Positions 11,767-23,939 of a stretch of 64,000 nucleotides of DNA are shown here, piece by piece (the first letter of the stretch is position 1; each line of letters begins with the position of its first letter). The stretch covers positions 186,001-250,000 of the forward strand of contig CDMY01000831.1 of assembly GCA_001179505.1 (NCBI GenBank), written 5' to 3'. The notes beneath the pieces were generated by a model. The model ran no database searches. It was not told the origin of the DNA and saw only the letters and a program-made list of their open reading frames with translations. The position numbers and the translations under genes are program-made. This DNA is from Vitrella brassicaformis CCMP3155 (lineage: Eukaryota > Protista > Chromerida).

Positions 11767-12496
11767 TGCCCAAGCGGGAGTGGGTGATGGATCGGGTCCA
11801 TCGTGGATGTGACGGTGACGTGACGGGTGTGGGAGGACCACGTGTGTATAGCCGCAGCCAATCGATTCATTCATCGTATGTATGAATGGACGGATGGATG
11901 GGACACGTACACAGACATGGTGCTGGTCCACTCACTCGCTCACGGCACGGATAGATGGATGGATGGATGGTCTCACACACTCACTCATTGGCGCACATGT
12001 CAGCCGACCACACGGGGAAAAATAGCCAGCCAAGGCATTCATTCATCCACGTATCACTCCGTCATACAGACAGGCCAAAATCTGTCGTTTGTCTGTTTAA
12101 ACTGACCCTGATCCTCCTGTGTGCTGTCTTCTCTCTCTGTGGTGTTGCTGTTGCTGGCTCGTTCGCTGATCTGATCGATTCCTTCCTATTCTCTGTCTGC
12201 CTTGCTCTTATGCCCTTACTATGCCGTTGCTCTCGTTGTACCTCTCTGTGTGTTGTGTCTATGTTGTGGTTGACGACTTGTTGCCTATCTAGCCGACCGA
12301 TAGATAGAAATGCCGAAAAAGATGAGCGCATGCAGTGCAGCCAGACGAATGAACGACAAGACACGGCACGGCACAGCACGGCACAACATCACACTAGACA
12401 TGGCAGCCAGACTAGCAGCCACCCAGAAACAAGCGACTGACCGAGACGGACCAGTCAGTCAGGTTCTCACCACGAATTCACTCATTGTGAGTGAAT

Positions 12497-13163
12497 TCAC
12501 TGCTGCACCACCTCCCCTCCCTCTCCGCCCTGGTCGTCCTCGCGGGCTGGCTCGTCGAGCTGGAGGGGCACGTCAATCTCGCCCTCCTCGCCGCTCTGGA
12601 ACTTGTACTGGGGAAGGGGAGGCAACACACAACACACGGGTGCCAGAGGGGTGGAGACACGACAGCTGTGTGGTCGGCCCACCTTGATGATTGACTTGCG
12701 CGCAGTGGGGAGCGGCTGGTAATCCACGTGGACCGTGCGGCCCTCAGCCAGCTCCTACACCATGACCCCACACGAGGCAGTCACCACTGTCACGCATGTC
12801 GGCAGAGGCAGGTGTGCCACTTACCTTCTTGATCTTCTCAACCATGTCGTGGGCCTCTTCGGAATCGAAAATGTCAACCTGCACACACGGAACACCAGAG
12901 ACACGGACCATCCAGGTGGGAGGGGGAAGCCGGCTGACTGACTGACTGACCTCCTCGAGTTCGGCGATGGCCTTGATGTCGGATATCCAGCGGGAGTCTT
13001 TGACGGACTTCTTGCGGCCCTGCACCACACCCCCACTGTTGTTGGCCGTCGTTGGCTCCGTCACCAGGGCGGGCTGCACCTTCTCCGCTTTGCCAATCTG
13101 AATTTCACCCTCCTTGGCCACCGGGGGGCAGCAGCAGTTGAAGGACGAGCACTTGTTTCCCAT
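12497..13163 (-). CDS. Small protein with predicted N-myristoylation/palmitoylation N-terminus
   Basis: MGNKCSSFNCCCPP start; four exons with GT-AG borders (…KAIAELEE | VDIFDSEEAHDMVEKIKK | ELAEGRTVHVDYQPLPTARKSIIK | YKFQSGEEGEIDVPLQLDEP…VVQQ*). Confidence 0.7.
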
Positions 13164-13670
13164 GGCTGATACGCCTGTCGATGGATGTCACGAGAAAGCA
13201 GTGAGAAAGCTGGTCTCGGGCTTTCGGTGGGGGAACGCCGGAGGGGGCTGAAGTTGGGCTTTCGAATCAGAAATGCCTCGACGACAGAAAGACTTCACCG
13301 TGGGGTGATCAAAGACGCTGAGAATGACTCGACAGAAGCACTTTGAAGCTTTTGTAGACTCGGTTGCGAGCTATTGGGGGCCGGGTGGGGGCTCAGTCTC
13401 CCCTGTATGAACGTGTTGTCGTCCGTCCTGCTTGTCGGCTTCGCGGCCAGTGCTGGCGTTGTGGCTGCTGATCCACACCATCATTGAGTTGATCAACAGG
13501 ATGAAGACAACCAACGAGACAGAGGATCCGAACAAGAAGAAGAAGAAGGAAACGATAACCACAACGGCAACAACAGCAGCAACAGCAACAAGAACACCGC
13601 CCACGACGTTGTGCGGGCTGCAGCCACGATTAATCTCACATGTGGATGCAGCCCTGGATGGTTTGACTCA

Positions 13671-13800
13671 CTGCAAGGCTAGCCCTGTGTCTGCAGGGCT
13701 GGCCCTGTGGCTTACTGTGGCTGCAGGGCTGGCCTCCTGACTGCAGGGCTGGCCTTGCACTCACAGGACTGGACATCCACCTGCAGGGCTGGCCCCACGG
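13671..13800. repeat. Irregular short repeat of ctgcagggctggcc (5 copies)
   Basis: Motif at about 13671 (variant ctgcaaggctagcc), 13691, 13722, 13742 and 13781, with uneven spacing. Confidence 0.7.
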
Positions 13801-13858
13801 GCAGACATGCCAGCCTTCCGGCCGCAGGGCCAGCTTTGGCGCACAAGTCGCTTGTATT

Positions 13859-13959
13859 GTCGTCCCCTCCCGCCCCCTCGGCTGTGCAGCGCGACGTCAT
13901 GCGTGATTTAAAGGAGCAGATCACCTCGGTCGGCCCGGCCCCTGACGGCAAGACATCCA
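13859..13959 (+). pseudogene. Displaced ~100-bp fragment of the coiled-coil gene at 40085-42234
   Basis: gtcgtcccctcccgccccctcg.ctgtgcagcgcgacg...aaaggagcag.tcacctcggtcggcc...gacggcaag.catcca matches 40708-40820. Confidence 0.8.
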
Positions 13960-14945
13960 CCGGTGGTGGGCAATGGGATGAGGCCGTGCACAAAGACGTT
14001 CCATCCAAGAAGCCAGCAGGACGTCGTCTCCTGTTGCGTCCCTACATATAGCACATGACACAATTTGCTGTCCTTGCTTGTATGTACCACGTGTGTGTGT
14101 TTCAGGTCTGAGGAGGCGCAGCTGATGGATGTGAGTGCATCAATATCCATCCAAACTACCTCAAGGAGGTAAATCCGGCTGCAGCGCAGGGCAGGACCCG
14201 GCTGCACCGCAGGCAGGGCAAGAAGCGTCGGAGCCGGAGCATGCGGGGGATCGATGTACGGCCGTGATGTGTGTAGCCCGGCCCTCTTTCTCTGATTCTG
14301 TACGATACGTTTTTTCTATTAAGGAGGACTCCTTTGTAGGTCTGTGGACGATAGAGAGGCTTTTACGTGCTCTGCGTGCATGCAGCGCTGATGCGCTCTT
14401 TTCTTGTACACGTGTGTGTGAGTGTAGTGTATGTGCATCTGTGTTCATGTGTATGTGTGTCTCCATCGATTTTCGTGTCTCTGCGCGTGTGTGGACCCGA
14501 TACGGAACCACATGTACTCCAGCCATCTCCCTCAATGCGTGTGTGCTCTGTGTGTGGCGCCTGATGCGCGTGTGTTCGTGCGTGTGTGTGTGTGTGTGTG
14601 TCGCTTTGAAGCGTGCATGAAGAGCAGCCTTTTGCCGATGATGCGAGTGTGATAGTGCATTCGATGAAGACGGATGGGATGGATTGAGGAGGTGAGTTTC
14701 GTGCGTGTGTGTGTGTATGTGTGAAGGATGCGATCTTACATACTGATATGGGACACTCACGGAGGGACGCGAGACAATTGACATCATGTCTCACGGGAAC
14801 GAGCAAGGGCCTACGCTTTGATCTTTGGTCAAGCATATTAACGGACGTGAAAAGCGGTCAACGAAACACCAACGAAACACCAAGATATAAAATGGAAGCA
14901 GCGATGCTCGCGCTGATGTGCTGGTATCCGGCCAGCTGAGACGCC

Positions 14946-15567
14946 ATCAATGCCGCCATGTCATGTGCAGCAGCGCCGGAAGAGGCTGCCTTGATAAACC
15001 GACAGATCAGCCAGCCAGACAGACAGACAGACAGACAAACAGATGAGATGAACAAGGGTACACACTCATTGGCTCACCATTCGCCTAGCTCGCTGGAATT
15101 TCTGCACTGAAACGCCGCCTTGGGTCCGGTTGCTGCGTCGAATGCAACGATAAGGCTGATCGATGGACAACACACACAACGCATAACACACAACACACAC
15201 CACCACAACAGGCATCAATACACATGGAGAGGCACACGCCCCTATTCTCCCCACCTCTCCGTGCTTACTCCTCGTGCAGGCATTTGTTGAAGTCCATGGT
15301 ATGCCCCAATCCCGTGTTGTCATGCCAGATGACCAGGGCGTTCGTGAGGTTCTTGAATCTTGGGCGGATCGCGACACGAGTGCTCGGGTACTCCAGCTGG
15401 ATGGTCGTGGCCTTCCCGCATGGGACACACCCACAGCACTGCTCCCACAGCTGGACCTTGCCCTCGCTGACAACGACCTGGTGCCAGATGGGCCGTGCGG
15501 GCCAGTAGCAGCGGGTCTCTCGCTTCTTGAGCGCGCCCTTCCGGCTCACGCGCCGGATTGGCGGCAT
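14946..15567 (-). CDS. PH-like domain paralogue with divergent, truncated last exon (possibly a pseudogene)
   Basis: Exon 1 MPPIRRVSRKGALKKRETRCYW...HTMDFNKCLHE and exon 2 LIVAFDAATGPKAAFQCRNSSELGEW splice in frame; exon 3 is replaced by a short unrelated QPLPALLHMTWRH*. Confidence 0.6.
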
Positions 15568-15649
15568 GGCTGGATGCGGAGTGGGGAGCTGCAGGCACAG
15601 CCAGACAAAGAGACAGCCAGATCAGAATATTCTCGATCCGTCGGCTTAC

Positions 15650-16697
15650 CATTCGCCGAGCTGTGCGGAGTCCTTGCATTGAAATGCCGCTTTTGGTCCA
15701 GTCGCGGCGTCGAAGGCAACAATGATGCTGATGGACAGACGACACACGAAACACAACATACAACACACATCATCTTCCCCCCGCCTCCCTGTGCTTACTC
15801 CTCGTGGGTGCACTTGTTGAAGTCCACCGTATGCCCGAGCCCCGTATTGTCGTGCCACACGACGAGGGCGTTGACCACGTTCTTGAATCGGGGGCGAATG
15901 GCGATGCAGATGGTGGGGTGTTGAGCTCGATGGTGGTCGCCTTGCCGCACCCGATGCACCCACAGCACTGCTCCCAATACTGCAGCTTCCCCTTCCCCAG
16001 GACAACCGCCGTTGGAGATAGCGTCGGCAACCTCGTTCATCACCGCATCGTACCTTGACAAACCGCCAGACAGACAAAGAGACAGACAGACAGACAGACA
16101 GATGAGATGAACAAAGGTACATATCAGGATATTGTCGATTCGTTGGCTCACCACTCGCCGAGCTCGGACGAAGTCTTGCACTCAAACGCGGCCTTAGGCC
16201 CCGTGGCCGCGTCGTCAACGAAACACCAAGATATAAAATGTAAGCAGCGATGCTCGCGCTTATGTGCTGGTATCCGGCCAGCTGAGACGCCATGTCAATG
16301 CGCTCCAGCGCCCGAAGAGCGTACCTTGATAACCCAACAGATCAGCCAGCCAGACAGACAGACAGATGAACAAGGGTACATATCAGAATATTGGCGATTC
16401 GTTGGCTCACCACTCGCCGAGCTCTGCCATGTTCTTGCACTCGAACGCCGCCTTCGGGCCAGTGGCGGCGTCGAACCCGTCTATGATCCTGACCAATCGA
16501 TGACATACCACACACAGAGAGAAATGAAACGATGCACCCATCCCCTTCCCCCACCTCCCCTTGCTCACGTCTCATGTGTGCATTTGTTGAAGTCGACGGT
16601 GTGTCCGAGCCCAGTATTGTCGTGCCAGATGACGAGGGCGTTGGTGAGGTTCTTGAAGCGGGTGGTGGGGTACTCCAGCTGGATGGTGGTGGCCTGA
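15650..16697 (-). pseudogene. Scrambled tandem fragments of the PH-like gene
   Basis: Three copies of exon 2 (FDAATGPKAAF.C....LGEW) and two 5'-truncated exon 1 copies; one exon 1 copy has a 1-nt deletion near 15920, the other an internal deletion (EYPT-TRFKN). Confidence 0.75.
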
Positions 16698-16789
16698 TCA
16701 ATTGATGACACACACAGCACACAACACATATCAGTACACATGGAGAGGCACTCATCCTCTCCTCCCTCCCGCACCTCCCCGTGCTCACG

Positions 16790-17087
16790 TTTCGTGGCTG
16801 CACTTGTTGAAGTCGACAGTGTGCCCGAGCCCGGTGTTGTCGTGCCAGATCACGAGGGCGTTTGTGAGGTTCTTGTAACGCGGGCGGCAGGCGATGCGAA
16901 TGGTGGGGTAGGTGAGCTCTATCGTCGTCGCCTTACCGCACGGCACGCACCCGCAGCATTCTTCCCAGAACTGGACCTTGCCCTCTCCTGCCGCGACGTG
17001 ATGCCAGATGGGGCGCGAGTCCCAATACCGCCTCGTCTCTCGCTTCCGGAGCGACCCCCCCTTGTTAACGCGGCGGATGGGCGGCAT
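16790..17087 (-). pseudogene. PH-like gene exon 1 with its promoter; exons 2-3 disconnected
   Basis: MPPIRRVNKGGSLRKRETRRYWDSRPIWH...FNKCSHE. Upstream 17090-17460 matches the upstream of the 23940 gene (shared ctcgagggtttca). The following intron acceptor leads out of frame into another exon-1 fragment. Confidence 0.7.
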
Positions 17088-17759
17088 GGTCTGTCTGCTG
17101 CGCGGGAGTGGTGGCGAGACGGCTGACGGGCGGACGGTGGCGCGGGGGAGGCAGGGATGCAAGAAGAAAGAGGGCTGAACGGAGTGACGGGGAGCGACGA
17201 GAGAGAGGGGGAGTGGCGGCAGGGAGCTGAAACAAACCCTTGAGCTGCGTCCTTGGGCCGAAGGGCAAGCTGCTGCTTGGCCGTTGGTGAGCTGGCTTGA
17301 GGGAGCAAAGGGAGGGCGCAAAGGGAGGGGCACGGGGAGGGGCCGGGCCGCGGGAGGCAGGGAAGAGGAAGGGAAGAGGAAGGGAAGAGGGTGGTGGTGG
17401 GAGTGGCGGCGGGAGGGATGTTGAAACCCTCGAGGCACGTGGGGATCACGGAGAATGCCACGCCTGCCCAAAGGGGAGGGAGGAGGGCGGGAGCGACGGA
17501 GGGATGGAGCTGAAGGGACCCCGATGACGCGAGGCGGGCAGAGAGCCGGGAGGAGAGCTGGGGGGAGGCGGTAGCGACGAGAGGAGCGAGGACCGAGCGG
17601 GGTCGAGGAGGCTGGGAGCGTAGACCAGGGCGGGCACGTCTCTCTGCCGCCCACCTTCCAGATTGCCTTCAAGCTCACGAAGATGGACGGCGTCCTCGAT
17701 GGAAGAAGAAGTGCTGCTGCGGTGGATGCGAACGGGCGAGAAAAGGCGAAGGGATGGGA

Positions 17760-17790
<31 letters not shown>

Positions 17791-19735
17791 CCCCCTCTCA
17801 CATGTGTGTTGGTGGCTGCTGGCGGTGGGCGGCGAGCCGACCGCGGAGTTGCTACTGCGGATTCTCGTGGACGAGGGCATCGTGCTTGGACACCTGCACG
17901 TAGGCAAGTCCAGCGCTTTGCTGTTCAATATCTCACACGCATCTGAGCCTGACACCCACACCCACACAGCACACTACATAGAACACTCTTCTCACCTTCA
18001 AACTCGGAATGACTGCCGCCGAAGCGCCCAAGTATGCATAGACAAGCAAAGAAGACACGGAGGAGGCATGACTCATGAGCAAATCTGTGCGTTGTCCCTG
18101 TTTGTTCAAGCTCGCTTACGTACCTGTGCGGCCGCCGGGAAGGGAAGGCCGACACCGCTCCAGAAGCTGAAAACCAAGAAAGACAAAGAAGAGAGATGTC
18201 AAAAGTTCGTCACAAATTGAAAAGCCTTCAGCCGCGGCGACGCGAGGGAAGCGAATGACGACGTCGTCTGCTGAAAGAAAGCACGTAAGTACCATGAGCG
18301 TGTCTTCTCTTTGATAAGCTGCAAGACACAACGATGACTTACTTGATCAATCCACTAGATTAGTCTGTTTCTCCTTTCCTTCGCCTGACCAGGGACTCCC
18401 ATGTCTGGAAGGCAGCAAATGAGGGCATTGACGTGTGCAGTGAACACCAGACTCAGTGAGGCACTCACACACCTTCCCAGAAATCTATCGAGAAGAAGAG
18501 ACGGGAACAAAAAGAAGAAATCATCGTTCCACCTGGACACTGAGCAGAAGAGGCACATGAGCACATTGACGGCACATAGCGTGCATTTATCCCTGCACAT
18601 TATCCATACATCACACCATCACCACAGCCAGCAGATATGAGACACATGTGCCAACCTGATCGAGGCCTTCTCGACGAGAGAACAAAGGCGCGCCCACTCC
18701 GCTGATGCCAGGCGGTCGCCAGCCGTTCCACACAAGGCAGGGCACCACCAGGCGAGGCGCCTTGCTGGGGCACGGCGGTTGAGGAAAAAAGTGGCCGATG
18801 CAGTCGGACGAGGTGGGAGGGGTGGGAACGAGGCGAGGCGGACAACATCAGCCGAAAATCAGCCCAAAAGGACAAGAAACGGAAGATCTGTGGCTGAAAC
18901 AAGGCTGGAAAACCAAACGCGGCAGGAAACTGCGAAGAAACTTTCAAAATCCGTAGAATCAGGGTTTGCGGGTTTCTCGCCGTCTCATCGCGAAAAACTC
19001 GCCGCGAGCGCATTTCGCCGGACAGCAACAGACAGAGAACGAAGGCAGAGGCAGAGAGCATAGCTGCTGCCGCAGACGGAGTCATTGCATTAAATCCTCT
19101 TCACTTTCGGCGGGTCCGTGGTGGGGCAGTCACATACATACACACAAATTGCAGCGTTGAAAATGTCGTCTCCTCTCGTCGAGAAGTTCTTCCTTTTAGC
19201 CACCCAGCCAGCCCTCCATCTGTCTGCGCCTGTGTCGGGCAATGCGAAGATGGCCAAACTGGCCCGACACCGGCGTGTCTGTCTCATTCCGATTGCCCTC
19301 CTCTGCACTGATCTGCGTCACCCTCGCAAACACGGCTTCTCTGTCAACGTGCAACGTCTGTGACGGCGGCTGCGATTGCGCTGCAGCCAGTGGTGACCAC
19401 GTCGGAGTGCGTGATGGCCACAGCACAATAGAAGACGGTGAATTGCGAGACCTGGAAGACAAGTAGGGAGAATATGCGTGGTTTATGTCTGTGCAGCATT
19501 CACTGACTGCACACCTGTCAGTTTGATCCGCCACGACAGTCCAATGAGCGTCTTGCTCTCGCCTTTGTCTTCGTCTGACCTTGAGCACGTGTTTGACAGC
19601 ACGCGTGACGTCGCTGATCGGCGCGTCCTTTCCGTCACTGCACAAGCTGTTGGCAAAGTGCTCGAAAGAAGACAACTCTTTATCGGTCTGAAGAAACAGA
19701 GGTATGTTGCCATACTCGGTTCTTTGCTGGCTTCG

Positions 19736-22700
19736 TCATTGTTCCACCTGCGTTTTGAGTTGATCAGCTAAGGGGCCCAACAGGCAGGCAGCCAACAAAT
19801 CGGCAGTCTCCACCCACCACCACACCGCCACAGCCCACCGCGCCAACGCATCTCCATCAATACCCTCTGTGCTGATCCCACGCACTACCCCATCTGCATA
19901 GCTCAGCACTTGCGCCCACAGAGCACGCTCATCAGCAGAAGGGACAACGTCCAAAACGAAAAGCGCTTCCATCAGATGCATCACCCTCCTCAGCCACGAG
20001 AGCTGCCTGTCACCGTGCGGCCTGAGAGTCTCGTCACCCACCGAAGCTCCATACAGACCCAGCTGCCTGTGTATGTCGCTTGTTGGATCAGGCACAGCGT
20101 TGACAGACTCGAAGTGGCCGACCTCAGGTAAGAGTGATGACGGACCGTCGCCGATTGGCACTTGCGAAGATGATGTGTCGGTCGGGGCACCTTCTTGCTG
20201 GTCAATGAGGACAGATGCTTGCTGCGCATAGTGTCTCAGCAAGGTCGCGGACGCCGTCCTGTGAACAGCGTAACAGCAAATAGCGAGTGTCATAGCTTCT
20301 TTTGCCTTCACGTCACTTCGTTTGTACCTGACGAATGTTTCATCCCGCCATTTCAGAGCAGCCAGCGCAGCCACCGACCGTTCCAAGTCCCCCAGCCAGC
20401 TCGCTACCACCTCTCCTCGCAAGAGCCTCACATGCCACCATTCTACCGCAGCCTTGACGAACTCGAAGGCATTCTCACATTTGGCTTCCGCCAATGCGGT
20501 GAGGATCAGCGTGACACCGTGGTGCGAGTTGAAGGGAGATGGCTGTTTGGCGAGAGGGAGCTGGCGGTGGGGACGCACATGTGTCGAGTCTTGCGTGAGG
20601 AGGGGGGCAAGGGCATTGCTTGTCGCCTGCCGACACACACACGGATCATCAACGTTCTTTTGCCCTTTTGCATCAGTGTGTCTACCTTAAAGAGCTGTGT
20701 ATCGTCGAGGCCCGCCTCTGCGAGCGCGTTGAGCTGATAGGCCACACTCATGGCGGACTGCGGCGCAGCAACCCGACCCACAACACGGCCCTCGACCAGC
20801 CGACCAAGAGAGGCCAGGAGTGGCTCGTGCTTGATCCGCAGGCGCCTCAGCAGCGACAGCGCTATGCAGATCTCCTCGCCTGAGAAACACCTGAAGGGGC
20901 CCAGCCATTTTTTGCATGCCTGAACCCCTCATTTGTCGGTGAAGTGACCTGATGTGTTTGTGGATGTGTGCGAGGAGAACGTTGAGTGCCAGCGGCGGCC
21001 GATAGTCCAGGAGGCTGAAAGATAAGAGGGCGTTGAGCATGTCAGAACACGCCATCTCAGACACGCGACGAGGCAACACTGAAGGGGCCGACAACACGCA
21101 CACGCACACAGACACAGATACACAAGGCGTCACGAGAAGAGAGAAATCGCGCCCCCCCGTCCCTCACATTTGCTCATCTCGTCGAAAAGCCGATTGTGTC
21201 TAAGCTCCAGAAATGCGTAAGCGTACAACACAGTGGCGATGTCGCCGCCACCCAAGTGCTCCACGTGACTCAAAAGATACTCGCCAGCCACTCTGAGCTC
21301 AGACACAAAAAGAACACACATAAGCTTCCTGCTTCTTCCCCCCGTTGTCTCACCTGAAGACTCTCGGTTCCCTCACAGCTGCCTGTGCGAAGGCCTTGAG
21401 GACGACCGCCAGCCGTCTGGGCGGGAACTCACCCACCTGCATTACAGTCTGCCGCGTCAGGGCACGCCACGCCTCTCGCGAGCGGTATGAGAGCGCCGCG
21501 AAGCACTTGGCCACCGACGCGAGGTTGGTGGCGCTAAAGGGGACCGGACTTGACGAGTCGGTCAACAAACTGGAAAGAGAGGGAAAGATAGCATCAGTGT
21601 CTGCGTGTCTGTGTCTCTGCTCATCGTGTCAGTACCCAGCGATCATTTTGAGCAGTACAGTAGATCTCAGCTGCGCAGCTGTGAAGGCCTCACTGCCGTA
21701 GACACACACAGAGCACAGCCAGCAGTGAAGAAACGCATGGACCTGCGCCTTTCCGTGTTGCCACGTTTCACTCACCAGATGAGGCCGATGTCCTGTCCAT
21801 TCAGTTGATGGATGTGGTCAGGAAGGCCCTCGGCCACTGCCTCCAGCAGAGGCACATTCACATACGACACACGAGCCCACGCACCAGCAACACCTGCAAT
21901 AACAGAGAAGGGATCCACGGGCATTCAGTGCAATTGTTCCACCCCACCCACCCACCTGCTAGCTGTCTGAATTCTATGGGTTTGGCGGGCCTGTTGATCC
22001 GCTCCATTCTCCTCCTCACAAGCCCCTCGTAACTCTCATGAGCGTCGTCATTCAGGCCATCGGCATCGCTCTCGCCCTCTGCCTCTGTGGCCTCATCCAG
22101 GCAGAAGGACGGAACCAACTCAGACGCTGCTGCTTGCTGGTTGTTTGGTGGGGCTGGGGGTGGTGTGGCGAGGGCGAGATGGTGGCGCTTGATGGCCTCC
22201 TCAGAGAGCATCTCCATCAAAGGCACGTCACTAACTGCAGCATGCAAGGAACGAAACGTAGTGCGTGAAGGGACGGCTGTTTGTGTCTGTGTGTGTGGGG
22301 GCTGACTATTGAGTTTGGCAATGGCCACGGCGAAGACATAAATGTCGACTCCATCGAGGCGGTCGCGAAGCTCAAAGGCGCGACGACTCAAGATCGACCA
22401 AAGATGGGGATGACGCAACTGAAAATCAACTGATTGTCAATGAGAATCTATATGTGCGATTCTTCCTCACTCACCTGCAGTCTGAGTGCCTCATTGACAG
22501 CCTTGTTGAGCACAAAGTGGTTGGCCCGGTCAAGCCGCGTCTTCGACACCTGTGGCCACACGCGGCCACGTAACCCTGCACAAAAAGACACCACACACGA
22601 CTATCCATCCATTATCTTTTGCATTCATCGTCCGCCTACTCATCGGTGGCCCAGGCTCGGTCATGGGCAGCGGGTGAGGCGGCCTCTCCCCCCGCATCCA

Positions 22701-23120
22701 CACTGGCTGCCGACGCAGCGACACAGGGGGCGGGTAGAACGCAGTCAACGAGTCATCCCCAGAACCGCCATTGTCTGCCTCTGATGCTTGGAGGGCGGTG
22801 GATAGGTCCGTGAGCTTCCACCTGGATATGCTGTGTCGGAGCTGGACTGATTTGCGCGAGGGGACGGGCCACGGGGCATGCAGAGAAGGCAGCGGGACAG
22901 TCGATGACACCGGCGTCGGCTGATGATCTTGATGCAGAGCTGTGTCACTGCTTGGCTGATGAGCTGGAGCCTGCTGAGATGCCGGGACGGGCAGGAGACT
23001 CTCTGCTTGTGGCTCCGCTGCTGCTGATGCTGAGGTTGATAGATGCCGTCCAGAAAGCGATGGATTTCGGTGCTTGATGGACCCATTGACGGACAGGCGC
23101 ACTGGAGAAGCTCTCCTCAT
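19736..23120 (-). CDS. Organelle-targeted helical-repeat RNA-binding protein (OPR/HPR/FASTK-like)
   Basis: Arg/Ser-rich presequence-like MRRASPVRLSVNGSIKHRNPSLSGRHLSTSASAAA, then degenerate helical repeats FSATNLASVAKCFAALSYRSREAW, FPPRRLAVVLKAFAQAAVREPRVF, LGGGDIATVLYAYAFLELRHNRLF, MACSDMLNALLSFSLLDYRPP and LDGVDIYVFAVAIAKL. The 3' end is uncertain. Confidence 0.65.
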
Positions 23121-23939
23121 CCTTCCTTTCATCTCCCCAGGACCGATGAATGCGAGCTTGAAGACATACGGCGAGGGAAGGCGGACGTCTTCGACCTCTC
23201 CCTCCTCCCACAGATCCCTGCCTTTCCGCAGCCTCACTCGGCCTCTTGCTCGGCCTCCCCGTCACTTCCACCTCCATCCAGCGCTCGGCCCACACGCCGG
23301 GGCGAATCTCGGTCATCCCCTCGCTCTCTGCCTCCCTCCCCCCCTCACGGTCCCTTAGTGGTCCCTCGGCAGAGCCACGCCGAGCCCTCCGTCCGGCTTG
23401 AACAGTGAGGCAGACCTCTTCCCCCTCTTCTCTCCTCACTCCCCCGCGCCCTCACAGAGCCACGGTGACCAACCCCGCGTCCGGCCTTCCGTCCGGCTTG
23501 TAGAGTGAGGCAGACGTCTTCCCCTCTCCCGCCACACCATCTCGTCGTCGCTTGGCGTCACTCCCACACCACCCTCTTCCTTGCCGCGGCCCCTCTTCCT
23601 GCTTCCCTGCCTTCCCTGGCCTTCCCTTCCCCGGCCTTCCCTTCTCGGCTCCGTCTCCCACCAGCCAGCGCTCTTCCGGCCCAACGCAACTCGAGGGTTT
23701 CAGCACACTCCCGCCACACACTCTCGCCACTGGGACGCCCCCCGGCCGCCTCCCTGCCCCTCTTCTAAGGCTCTCTGCTTGCGCGCCCTCTGGCCCCTTC
23801 CTTCCCTGCTGCTCGTGGCACCACCGTCCTCCCCCTCCCTCTCGTCCCTCCCGCCGTCCTCCCCGTGCCCTCCTCAGGATTCCTCCAGCCCTTCTAGGCT
23901 CCCTGCCTCTCTTTCTCCCGCCACTCGCGCTTCGAAGCC

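Noticed and set aside
13671-13800. Possible CRISPR-like array (ctgcagggctggcc repeats)
   Set aside because: The repeat is only 14 bp, spacers are about 5-25 bp and partly self-similar, there are no cas genes, and the context is eukaryotic.
16785-17801. 338-aa Pro/Ser-rich ORF
   Set aside because: Only the last 100 codons (from 17087) are PH exon 1; the rest is CT-rich promoter sequence that is also found upstream of 23940.
19483-19713. RAP domain ending the helical-repeat gene
   Set aside because: Only a faint resemblance (LIGLSWRIKL); I could not support splicing to it.
17640-19770. Possible additional spliced gene(s) between the PH array and the helical-repeat gene
   Set aside because: Exon-like pieces and splice signals exist, but I could not build a consistent reading frame or recognise a domain.
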